Shown here in pieces: positions 7,898 to 16,364 of a DNA stretch of 20,461 nucleotides; position 1 is the first letter of the stretch, and the number at the start of each line of letters is the position of its first letter. The notes beneath the pieces were generated by a model that saw nothing but the letters and a program-made list of their open reading frames with translations, searched no databases and had not been told where the DNA came from. Location of the stretch: positions 3,302 through 23,762 of the forward strand of contig CAYRPF010000052.1 of NCBI GenBank assembly GCA_964426185.1, in the 5' to 3' direction. Origin of the DNA: an uncultured archaeon. Lineage in GTDB: Archaea > Asgardarchaeota > Lokiarchaeia > Sigyniarchaeales > Promethearchaeaceae. The translations under genes and the position numbers were made by a program.

Positions 7898-9301
7898 TTA
7901 TGCAGATCTTTTAAGTACTTCAAGAATATGGTTTTTTTTCTGCTGCGCATCTGAAAATGCCTTTTCTAATTGTTGAATGTGCTTTGTGGGTACTTGTTCT
8001 ATTTGATCAATCACTTTTTTAATTCCTGTATATGCTGCTTCACGAAAATGGGGTGAAATTATTTCTTCATTATCTCCATCTATAAAATGAACACTGTTTT
8101 TTGGAATTACCTGTCCTATTTCAAGAGCCTTAATCCCATTTTGATGGAGTAAATCCAAGATTTTTTCTTTAACCTCTGGTTGACAAAATATCACAAGACT
8201 ATCAAGTGAAACACCCAAATAATCAACAGAAGTTTCTTTCAATAAAGCTAACACGCGTGGATTAACCATTTGGCGAACTTTTTCAATATTCACCATAAAT
8301 CCGTGAGAAATTACCGATTGAATTTCCAGAAGGTCATTTCTTAGCCCTCCATTTGTAACATCAATCATTGTATGAATTTGTGAACATATTTTAGGCTGGG
8401 ATAAAATAGTATTTACTGCTTTAAAGAAGTTGATGTTAAGTGTTTCCGCCACCACATCAGACCGCCCATGATAGAGTGCGGTAGTGCTGATGGTACCTCC
8501 TCCCGATCCGTAGGTCATGATCATGCTGTCTCCTGGTTGAATATTTTCTCGAAAAAACGAATATCGGAGAATACCTACCCCTGCAATACCTCCAGTTAAT
8601 CGATCACCAATGACCATATCACCACCAATTCGTAGTGTTGAGCCCGCAGTTATGGGAACTTGAGCCAGTTCGGCAACTGTAGCAATTCCTGCTTCAAAAT
8701 CAAACAATTTTCCAATATCTCCATCATCCGCTAAATGAATATCAACCATGATCGAAATAGGACGAGCACCTTTAATGAGAATATCGCGCAACATCGCACG
8801 TGTGACATGGAAACCAGCCAAAAAAGGGAATTCACTCAAACGACTATGCATCCCTTCCATTTTTGAGACAATAACCAGAGAATTGGAATTTTTCTCCTCT
8901 GAATTGAGAGTTATTTCAACTGCTCCTGCATCATCTAATGTTAAAGGAGATAAGAGTGCTTTTGTAGAAGTTTGAGAAATTTTAGATATCATTTCATGAA
9001 CAATATTATCTCCAATTCCACGACATCCCACTCCTCCTTCACCCATCTTAAGATTTGCTTTAATTGGAGTTATGACGGTATTGACTAAATCGTGTTTTTT
9101 TTTCTCAATTTTTGATGAAGAACCCCTTAGAATTTTCTCTGATACTTCAACTTCTTTTAAAATGGCTTCAGCATATTGCTGCAGTATATTTCGGGGCGCA
9201 TTTTTAAAAATCTGATATTCATCAATTAATTTCTGAATAATTTCTTCACGAGTTTTTTTTTGGCGTAGTAATTGGCGGGCAATACCTTCTAAATTGGTCA
9301 T
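7898..9301 (-). CDS. AIR synthase-related protein (PurM/ThiL/SelD/HypE superfamily; archaeal MJ0640-like family)
   Basis: 'NLEGIAR', 'MGEGGVGCRGIGD', 'DDAG', 'EGMHSRLSEFPFLAGFHVTRA.LRD', 'DIHLADDGD', 'GSTLRIGGDMVIGDR', 'GSGGGTISTTALYHG', 'DVTNGGLR.D' and 'DYLGVSLDSL'. ATG 9301 fits the family N-terminus better than the ORF-track start at 9379. Confidence 0.88.
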   Translation of the reverse strand: MTNLEGIARQLLRQKKTREEIIQKLIDEYQIFKNAPRNILQQYAEAILKEVEVSEKILRGSSSKIEKKKHDLVNTVITPIKANLKMGEGGVGCRGIGDNIVHEMISKISQTSTKALLSPLTLDDAGAVEITLNSEEKNSNSLVIVSKMEGMHSRLSEFPFLAGFHVTRAMLRDILIKGARPISIMVDIHLADDGDIGKLFDFEAGIATVAELAQVPITAGSTLRIGGDMVIGDRLTGGIAGVGILRYSFFRENIQPGDSMIMTYGSGGGTISTTALYHGRSDVVAETLNINFFKAVNTILSQPKICSQIHTMIDVTNGGLRNDLLEIQSVISHGFMVNIEKVRQMVNPRVLALLKETSVDYLGVSLDSLVIFCQPEVKEKILDLLHQNGIKALEIGQVIPKNSVHFIDGDNEEIISPHFREAAYTGIKKVIDQIEQVPTKHIQQLEKAFSDAQQKKNHILEVLKRSA

Positions 9302-9392
9302 TTCTGAATTCTCGGCATTTATTTTATATGTATGATTATTCAAAAAAAGAAAAAGAAATTTATCAAGCTTTTCATTCATAATTTTAACTATA

Positions 9393-10469
9393 ATGCATTT
9401 TTTAATTCGTGCCCCAGCTCGTATTCACATGACTCTGATTGATCTCAACGGAAGTGTAGAAAGAATTGATGGAGGGTTGGGTTTTGGAATTCAAGAGCCA
9501 TTTTTCAAAGTGGAGTTTTGGGATGATATTCCAAACAATAATCATCTTTCTAAAGATCTCAAATCGCCCTTAAATAAAAAATATGCGATAAAAATTGGTG
9601 AAAAAAGGGTAAATTTTTACGGAAATCAAAATGAAAAAGAAATTTTTGAAGATATTATCCATCGGATGAGATCAAAATACAATTTATTACCTAAAGAATT
9701 TTCAGTCCATATTCATAAAAGAATTCCCCCTCATCAAGGTTTCGGTTCAAAAACTCAGTTATTGTTGACATTTGCCAAAGGAATTGCAGAATTATATGGA
9801 ATAACACCTTCTGTTTATGAACTTACCAGAATTGTTGGACGAGGTGGAACTTCTGGAATTGGATATCAAGTTTTTGAACAAGGAGGATTTCATTTTGATT
9901 TGGGGCATAGTTTTGGAAAAATGAAGGAAAAACAATCATTTTTACCTTCTTCAGCAAGTTCCGCAAGACCAGGATTACCCTTCTTTCATTGTGATTTACC
10001 TTCAAATTGGAAAATTTTCATTATGCATCCTCAGATTTCCCAAAAAATTGCAGATCAAAAGGAGATTTCTATTTTTTCTGATTTTACACCCATTGCTCAA
10101 CGGGATATAGAGATTATATCACACAGAATTCTGTTTCAAATAATTCCCGGTTTATTACAGCAAGATCTGAAGGTCTTGGCAGATGGTATGCATACAATAA
10201 ATAATCATGGCTTCAAGAAAATTGAAATCTCGTTACAACCTTCATTCGTGCCCGATTTATTAAATAAAATCTATGAAGAATTCCATATTCCTGCCGGACT
10301 CTCTTCTTTTGGTCCAATTTTATATGTAATTGTGGATAATTCGATGAGAATTCAAGATTTCACAAATTTTATCCATAAATTTAATCAAAACGATTCTTCA
10401 ATACCTAAAATAAACTTATTTGAGACATTTCCAAACAATCAAGGAGCTTTAATATCTCACATTCCATAG
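9393..10469 (+). CDS. mptG: Beta-ribofuranosylaminobenzene 5'-phosphate (beta-RFA-P) synthase, GHMP-kinase fold
   Basis: 'PARIHMTLIDLNGSVERIDGGLG', 'PPHQGFGSKTQL', 'GRGGTSGIG..VFEQGGF..DLGH', 'FLPSSAS', 'GFKKIE' and 'GLSSFGP'. Confidence 0.93.
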   Translation: MHFLIRAPARIHMTLIDLNGSVERIDGGLGFGIQEPFFKVEFWDDIPNNNHLSKDLKSPLNKKYAIKIGEKRVNFYGNQNEKEIFEDIIHRMRSKYNLLPKEFSVHIHKRIPPHQGFGSKTQLLLTFAKGIAELYGITPSVYELTRIVGRGGTSGIGYQVFEQGGFHFDLGHSFGKMKEKQSFLPSSASSARPGLPFFHCDLPSNWKIFIMHPQISQKIADQKEISIFSDFTPIAQRDIEIISHRILFQIIPGLLQQDLKVLADGMHTINNHGFKKIEISLQPSFVPDLLNKIYEEFHIPAGLSSFGPILYVIVDNSMRIQDFTNFIHKFNQNDSSIPKINLFETFPNNQGALISHIP

Positions 10470-10477
10470 TAGTACCT

Positions 10478-10882
10478 ATGGAAAAGTTAGCACGTGATTA
10501 TCATTCACCGGATGTTTCCGATCGTGAAATTGCAATTTTTGAACTCGGAATAAAATTAGCCGCCTTATTCCACATTATTTTCGGAGCACCTGTAGCCAAT
10601 GTTGGAGATGTAAAAAAAAGAATTGCAGAAGGAATTGAAGCTTCGATTAAATGTCAGCCCTTTGTAAAGGATGTAAAGGTAGAAATCGCCGAACTGCATG
10701 ATGGAATGAGCCATAATTACACAAAATCAAATGAATATGATTATTCTTATGTCTCAGGAAAGAATCTAAGAGCTCAAGTGGAAATAAACTATAACGGTTG
10801 GCAAGCAATCGGATGTGTGGAATGGAAATCGGATTTGAATTACCCAATGATGTATATTAAAAGTGTTAATCCACTTGAGTGA
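10478..10882 (+). CDS. mptD: Archaeal dihydroneopterin aldolase (MptD, MJ0408/DUF372 family)
   Basis: 'SDREIAIFELGIKLAALFH..GAPV', 'IEASIKCQPFV', 'YSYVSG' and 'LNYPMMYI'. Starts 8 nt after mptG. Confidence 0.9.
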   Translation: MEKLARDYHSPDVSDREIAIFELGIKLAALFHIIFGAPVANVGDVKKRIAEGIEASIKCQPFVKDVKVEIAELHDGMSHNYTKSNEYDYSYVSGKNLRAQVEINYNGWQAIGCVEWKSDLNYPMMYIKSVNPLE

Positions 10883-10930
10883 TTGCAATAATTCTTCAAA
10901 TTCAAATAAGTGAGAACCCTTTTCTTCATT

Positions 10931-11998
10931 ATGAATTCATCAATTCCGGATCAAAGTAACTTCGATCATTTTCGATTTCTGCGAGTTAAGGGCTCAAATT
11001 ACCAAATCGGTTTTCAAACAGGGAAGAAATTCCGAAATCAAATTAAGAATGTCGTTGAAAACAGCCTTAGAATTCAAAATCTGCTGAAATTTGACAGAAA
11101 ACATCCTGAAAAAGCATTAACTTCTGAACAACTCATTCAAGCCAATTTTCCACAATATTTAGAGGAAATTCGTGGTATTGCTGAGGGCTCTACGATCGAT
11201 TATCATACGATCCTTCTCATCAATCTTTTTCATCTTTATGAGCATGAAGATTGTTCAACGGTTATTTTCAAATCCGATTCAGAAATTCTTATCGCCCATA
11301 ATGAAGATCACAATCAGATAATGTGTGAAAATTCCTATTATTTAGAGATACATCTTCCAAATGATGTAGTTATCTTCACACATACTTACCCTGGCTCTAT
11401 TCCTGGTTATTCTCATGGAATGAACTCGCATGGCATTGTTATTACCTGTAATTATGTGCCAGATCCGATTGAAGATATTGGAATTCCAAGGACTATTTTA
11501 GGGCGGTGGATGTTAGAATCTAATTCTATTGAACAAGCAATTGAAAGATCTCATGGTTTTACCCCGCGTTCAGGTGGTGTAAGTTATAATATTGGAAGTG
11601 TAAATGAGCAACGTGTGGTAAATGTGGAGATTACTGGTCGAGATTGGGCGTTAACTGAGATTGAAGACAAATTTTTTCATCCAAATCATTATATTTCACC
11701 GAAATTTTCCCAAATTCCAGTACCAGATTCAAAATATTCGACAACAAAGAAAAGATTGAAGCGTAGTAAAGAGCTTCTTCCTATCATTGAAAAATCCAGC
11801 CAAGGAGCATTGAAAATTCTTTGGGATCCTGATATTTTTATTCTTCCACATGCAATTCCCAAAAAAGGAATACATTTCACCTTTAATACTTCAGTTTTCC
11901 ATCTCAAAAATCATCAAATATTCACTGAAATTTATTCCAATCAGCGAAATTCCGAAATTTGTGATAAATATAAAATGGTGGAATTAAAAAAAGGATAA
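10931..11998 (+). CDS. Peptidase C45 / acyl-CoA:6-APA acyltransferase-like Ntn-hydrolase
   Basis: 'GSNYQIGFQTG', 'YLEEIRGIAEG', autoprocessing site 'ED/CST', 'AHNED', 'GMNSHGIVIT.N' and 'HPNHY'. ATG 10931 is preferred; the ORF track starts at GTG 10910. Confidence 0.88.
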   Translation: MNSSIPDQSNFDHFRFLRVKGSNYQIGFQTGKKFRNQIKNVVENSLRIQNLLKFDRKHPEKALTSEQLIQANFPQYLEEIRGIAEGSTIDYHTILLINLFHLYEHEDCSTVIFKSDSEILIAHNEDHNQIMCENSYYLEIHLPNDVVIFTHTYPGSIPGYSHGMNSHGIVITCNYVPDPIEDIGIPRTILGRWMLESNSIEQAIERSHGFTPRSGGVSYNIGSVNEQRVVNVEITGRDWALTEIEDKFFHPNHYISPKFSQIPVPDSKYSTTKKRLKRSKELLPIIEKSSQGALKILWDPDIFILPHAIPKKGIHFTFNTSVFHLKNHQIFTEIYSNQRNSEICDKYKMVELKKG

Positions 11999-12697
11999 TT
12001 CTTGAGGTTCTACCCCGTTTTCAATCAAATAATTATCTATTACTTCATAAGCAGCATGAAATCGATCCATATCCCGCCAACTGATGATCTTCTTTTTTAT
12101 TATATTATATGTTCGTATTGCATCATTGTAAAAATCAGAATATCTCTCATAGAGTGGTATTCGGGTGGCTAAAATCAAAGCTTCTAATGAGAGGTTAAAA
12201 GAACGATTGTTGAATACTTGAGGTAAACGATAGATATTCTTGGAGAGAACTTTTGCTCTGATATTGGGGACTTCACGCCGTTTACATACTGGTCGATCAA
12301 TAAGCGAAGAAGGCAAATCTAATACTTCACATTCCAAGATCACCCAAGCGCTTTTTAATATAGGAATAGATTCCGTAATAATAAAAGCCGAACGTGGTAA
12401 TTCATCAATAAAATTCATATGATCCTTACGCCGTAATGCCGCCATAACATATTCAAAAAAATCCTCAGAAAAATTGATGGAAAATCGAACACCTTTACTA
12501 AGTAAATCTCGAGTATGAGTATTTGCATATGCATGGATATAAACTTCATCAGTTGGAGTAAAATGAACGCCCATACACGCAGCATTTATTTTTAGATTAG
12601 AATCGGGAAAATATGTACATAATATAGATTCATAATTTATGAAAGGTTGAAATTTCAGCAGATCTCCCGAAATTATTGGTTTAGTCGATGCATTCAT
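11984..12697 (-). CDS. DUF447 family protein (FMN-binding split barrel; Orf22-like, linked to H4MPT biosynthesis)
   Basis: 'YESILCT', 'NAACMGV' (family NAAPMG), 'THTRDLL', 'PILKSAW..LEC' and 'NRSFNLSLEALILATR', plus pterin-cluster context. Confidence 0.8.
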   Translation of the reverse strand: MNASTKPIISGDLLKFQPFINYESILCTYFPDSNLKINAACMGVHFTPTDEVYIHAYANTHTRDLLSKGVRFSINFSEDFFEYVMAALRRKDHMNFIDELPRSAFIITESIPILKSAWVILECEVLDLPSSLIDRPVCKRREVPNIRAKVLSKNIYRLPQVFNNRSFNLSLEALILATRIPLYERYSDFYNDAIRTYNIIKKKIISWRDMDRFHAAYEVIDNYLIENGVEPQELSFF

Positions 12698-12720
12698 ATA
12701 TAATTTATTTAACTAAATCG

Positions 12721-12734
12721 TTAAAAGCTTTTCA
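12721..12734 (-). promoter_or_regulatory. Putative BRE + TATA for a leaderless DUF447 transcript (contains palindrome AAAAGCTTTT)
   Basis: Minus strand reads TGAAAAGC-TTTTAA, about 24 nt upstream of ATG 12697. Confidence 0.5.
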
Positions 12735-12766
12735 GAAAATTAAATAAGTGTTGAGGGTTATGGAAA

Positions 12767-13900
12767 ATGAAAGCAATGCGAGTGGTTGGAATTGATCCTG
12801 GTTCTGTTTCATGGGATTTTTACGGTTATGAAAAAAAAAGAAATGCACGAATTTCATTTTTGGATGGTTCAATTCCATCGGAAAAAGTAAAGAAAAATCC
12901 AATTGAGATTATCAAAATTCTTAAACAGAATCTGCCAATTGATGCAATTGCTGCCCCCAGCGGTTTTGGCCTACCCTTACGGGAATTTTCTCGAAATAAT
13001 CCATTAACCCCTAAAGAACTAGAATTAATAACTCTAAGAAAAACGGATGAAACTGAAATCATGGGTCTTCGAAAAGTAGTTAATTTGATTTCTGATTTAC
13101 CGGCTCGTCTGTTTATTCTCCCTAGTGTAAAGCATTTTCAAACTATACCTCGACATCGAAAGATCAATATAATTGATATGGGCACTGCAGATAAAGTTTG
13201 TAATGTGTTTTTAGGCATTCAGCAGCAATTGGCAAAAGAAAAAATCAGTTCGCTTTCTTCGGTTAATTTTATCTTGTGTGAAGTAGGACGGGGATTTTCT
13301 GCAGTGATTGCAGTTGAAAAAGGGCAAATTATAGATGGAATTGGAGGCACAAATATTCTGGGATATAATTCTATAGGAAAAATGGATGGTGAATTAGTTT
13401 ATTTAAGTAAAAGCCATCTGACGAGTAAAAGCTCTATCTATCAAGGAGGTATTAAAGACATTTTACCAAATATTCAACATAACATATCACAGAGCCCAAA
13501 TACTTCTGAAAATTGGTCAGATATTATCTCTGGACATTTGGATGATTCATTGCTCGGAAAATTACTAATTGAACAAATTTTAAAAGCATTTCTACAATTA
13601 ATGGGATCTTTTACCTCTATTTCCTTTCCAATTCCCGTTTTATTAACAGGTTCTGGGATTTCTTTACAAAAATTGAAAAAACAACTCGAAAAACATGGAG
13701 ATAAATTTCCCTCACCTCTATTTCAAGTTGAAATCCTACATCCTAGTGCTTCAGTAGCAAAAACTGCTGCACAAGGCGCGGCGTTTATAGCGGAAGGAAT
13801 ATTAGGAGGAGAATTTAATAAGACTTTAGAACATATGGGGCTTTTTTCCACGAATGGAACCGTCTTAGATGATCTCTTTTTCCCACACACTCAAATTTAA
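12767..13900 (+). CDS. DUF1464 family protein (ASKHA/acetate-butyrate-kinase-like fold)
   Basis: 'VVGIDPGS.SWD', 'APSGFGLP', 'LPSVKHFQTIP.HRKIN.IDMGTADK', 'EVGRGF..VIAVEKGQIIDGIGGT', 'MDGELVY' and 'AKTAAQGAAFIAEGILGG'. GAGGG SD site upstream. Confidence 0.87.
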   Translation: MKAMRVVGIDPGSVSWDFYGYEKKRNARISFLDGSIPSEKVKKNPIEIIKILKQNLPIDAIAAPSGFGLPLREFSRNNPLTPKELELITLRKTDETEIMGLRKVVNLISDLPARLFILPSVKHFQTIPRHRKINIIDMGTADKVCNVFLGIQQQLAKEKISSLSSVNFILCEVGRGFSAVIAVEKGQIIDGIGGTNILGYNSIGKMDGELVYLSKSHLTSKSSIYQGGIKDILPNIQHNISQSPNTSENWSDIISGHLDDSLLGKLLIEQILKAFLQLMGSFTSISFPIPVLLTGSGISLQKLKKQLEKHGDKFPSPLFQVEILHPSASVAKTAAQGAAFIAEGILGGEFNKTLEHMGLFSTNGTVLDDLFFPHTQI

Positions 13901-13933
13901 TTTGTAAAGATTAAAATTTGTAAAGATTAAAAT
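13899..13933. repeat. Perfect 16-bp tandem duplication (AATTTGTAAAGATTAA x2 plus AAT)
   Basis: 13899-13914 is identical to 13915-13930, followed by AAT. Confidence 0.9.
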
Positions 13934-13939
13934 ACCAAT

Positions 13940-14518
13940 ATGAGTCGCATAAAATTTGCATGGGGAATTACGGGTTCTGGCCATCTTTTAAAAGAAAGTC
14001 TTGAGTGTTTTGAAAAAATGGTTGAAAATGGACGAAGAGTAGATCTTTTTATTTCTTCGCCAGCTGAAACCGTGTTAAAAATGTATAATTTATATAATCG
14101 ATTAAAAGAATTTATAAAAAATAATCAAGATCAAATCAAGCATATTTATCGAGAAGACGAACAACCACCTGCTTTTCCAATCTGTGCAAAATTTAACCTA
14201 CACACTTATGATTTATTAATTTTAAGTCCTCTTACAGCTAATTCGGTGGCAAAAATGAATGTAGGCATAGCAGATTCGTTAATTACCAATATTTTTTCAC
14301 AAATGATCAAAGGAAATGGACAGATATACGTGGTTCCTTGTGATCTTATTCCTGGAATCATCAAAACTACAGCCCCAAATGGTGAAATCGTGGAGATTAG
14401 AATAGATAATTTTAACAGTCAAAACGCCCGCTGTCTCCGTAAATTTCCTACAGTATCTGTCTTTGATCACCCGTCTAAACTCTGCGAAGCCGCCAAAAAT
14501 CTTTATCCTCTTGATTAG
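13940..14518 (+). CDS. Dihydromethanopterin reductase-like flavoprotein (DmrX/DmrB/AfpA family) lacking the ferredoxin insert
   Basis: 'FAWGITGSGHLLKES', 'ETVLKMY.L' and 'YDLLILSPLTANSVAK..GIADSLITN.FSQ..KG...VVPCD'. 192 aa with no CxxCxxCxxxC motif. Confidence 0.85.
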   Translation: MSRIKFAWGITGSGHLLKESLECFEKMVENGRRVDLFISSPAETVLKMYNLYNRLKEFIKNNQDQIKHIYREDEQPPAFPICAKFNLHTYDLLILSPLTANSVAKMNVGIADSLITNIFSQMIKGNGQIYVVPCDLIPGIIKTTAPNGEIVEIRIDNFNSQNARCLRKFPTVSVFDHPSKLCEAAKNLYPLD

Positions 14519-14553
14519 ATATTTCTTATAGATATTTCTTGATGATATTATTT

Positions 14554-16284
14554 ATGACAAATTCAAAAAACTTTGTTAGAATTCTTTTAGTTACGGGACA
14601 AGAGGCTGCCCTCCAGTTAAATCCTTTACACAACAAAATTATTGCAAATAAATACCACCTTTTTGTTCATCAATGCCCCGTTCCCATTATTTCACTTAGT
14701 TCTCCCACTGAAATCCTTCAATCTCTGCAAGAAACTTATTCAACTTCACAACTCACACAATTTTCATTTATTATGCTATCAGGGTTAATTCCATGGAATG
14801 TTACAAATCTTCAATCACATTTTGAAGCAAAGGTAGTGAAAGGTCCGCCTTTTAGCTCTCAAATTGTGCCTACGCTTGAAAATCTTTCCAAGGGCGATCT
14901 ATACTCATTGAAGTTTGACTTTACAAATCCAGAATCTGTTGGAAAGGAGAAATTAAATAAGATGACGCAAAGCACACTTATAAATCTTAGAAAGGAGCAA
15001 AATGAGCCTTATTTCACCTTATCAAATGCTTTTTCTGAAATAGTTTTCAGCCCTCAACTTCCTGCCGTGTTAGTTGGAGAAGTAGTTGATTTTCCTAATA
15101 TCTCAGAAAATGCACTTTTTGCAAAGATTGATTCACTCTTAGCCCACGGCGCGCAAATAATAGATTTAGGTTGCATTCCTCATGAAAATCACAGTGAATA
15201 TATCCAGAAGATTTTACCAAGATTAAGAAAAAGATATTCAATTCCATTTTCTATTGATAGCCACAATCCATCAGAAATTATTACTGCGGTAGAAAATGGT
15301 ATTTCTTTAATTTTGAGTATTACGCCGTTAATAATCGACCGATTGAATGATTTTGAATTAATCAAAGATATCCCAATTGTATGTATTTCATACACTGAAG
15401 AAGAAATTCGGAAAGCAATTTCTTTTGAAATCCCATCAAAATATGCTGAAATTTCATCAAAAATACTACAAAATTCGAGGTTATCTCAGGTACGCGCTTT
15501 AATCCATTTCTTTTTCTATCTAAAAGGGTTAGGTTTTAAAAAAATCTTGCTGGATCCTTTAATGCAAGCACCAATCACCCCAGGTTTTGTTCGTTCTCTT
15601 CAAAGATATATCGAATTAAAACAACAACTTGATACACTCCGAAAATTGGAAATAAAAAAAAATTTATGGGATCCAGAGCAATTTCCGCAACTTTTTGCTG
15701 GGATAAGTAATGTAACAGAATTAATCGATGCTGATAGCCCCGGTATTTCTGCATTATTGGCGGGAATTATAACCGAAATAGGTATTTCCGGAGTTTTACT
15801 TACAGAACATTCTGGAAAATGTTTTAAAGTTATTCATGAATTTAAACGTGGCCGCGATTTAATGTTTTTGGCAAAAACTCGGCAAATACCTCCTCTCAAC
15901 CTTGGATTGGATGCTTTTGAATTCAAGTCTAAGCGAAATTATCACCCAATCCCAAAGAACTTGCTTAAAGATAAAGTTCCCATACAAGTGGATTCAGAAA
16001 TTTCAGAAACGCATTTAGATCCCTTGGGTTTTTTCCGAATTTATATCGATACTCAACAAAATCAAATTATTGTGGTCCATTCTCCCTATTCAGTGCTCAA
16101 TACAGAATCTATGGAAGGAAAGGAATTTGAAACGGTCTTTATAGGAACTTCGGCAGAAAATCTCGCCAAGCGTATAATTGAAGAAAAATTTATCAGTCGA
16201 TTGGATCATGCGGCATATCTGGGAAGGGAATTGTTTCGGGCAGAGCGTGCACTTTTTACAGGTTCTGATTATCACCAAGAATGA
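14554..16284 (+). CDS. Dihydropteroate synthase-like protein (MJ0107/Orf20 family) with C-terminal DUF4346 domain
   Basis: 'RILLVTG', 'GEVVD', 'GAQIIDLG', 'PFSIDS', 'ILLDP', 'AGISNVTELIDADSPG', 'TEHSGK', 'DPLGFFRI' and 'ISRLDHAAYLGRELFRAE'. Start is uncertain (14539, 14542 or 14554). Confidence 0.9.
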   Translation: MTNSKNFVRILLVTGQEAALQLNPLHNKIIANKYHLFVHQCPVPIISLSSPTEILQSLQETYSTSQLTQFSFIMLSGLIPWNVTNLQSHFEAKVVKGPPFSSQIVPTLENLSKGDLYSLKFDFTNPESVGKEKLNKMTQSTLINLRKEQNEPYFTLSNAFSEIVFSPQLPAVLVGEVVDFPNISENALFAKIDSLLAHGAQIIDLGCIPHENHSEYIQKILPRLRKRYSIPFSIDSHNPSEIITAVENGISLILSITPLIIDRLNDFELIKDIPIVCISYTEEEIRKAISFEIPSKYAEISSKILQNSRLSQVRALIHFFFYLKGLGFKKILLDPLMQAPITPGFVRSLQRYIELKQQLDTLRKLEIKKNLWDPEQFPQLFAGISNVTELIDADSPGISALLAGIITEIGISGVLLTEHSGKCFKVIHEFKRGRDLMFLAKTRQIPPLNLGLDAFEFKSKRNYHPIPKNLLKDKVPIQVDSEISETHLDPLGFFRIYIDTQQNQIIVVHSPYSVLNTESMEGKEFETVFIGTSAENLAKRIIEEKFISRLDHAAYLGRELFRAERALFTGSDYHQE

Positions 16285-16364
16285 TTCTCTCAACATAACA
16301 GATTGTATACTAGATACTACCTAAAAATTAAAATTTTGATACGGAATATTTATACCGATCACAA

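Noticed and set aside
7898-9301. Calling the AIR-synthase-like gene selD, thiL, hypE or purM
   Set aside because: It lacks their specific signatures (such as the SelD GCGCK/GUGCK loop), and its motifs fit the separate archaeal uncharacterised family.
9302-9379. 26-aa N-terminal extension of the AIR-synthase-like ORF
   Set aside because: It would leave only 13 bp for two divergent promoters. The segment is low-complexity, promoter-like DNA, and family similarity begins at Met 9301.
13899-13933. CRISPR-like repeat
   Set aside because: Only two adjacent 16-bp copies with no spacer and no cas genes.
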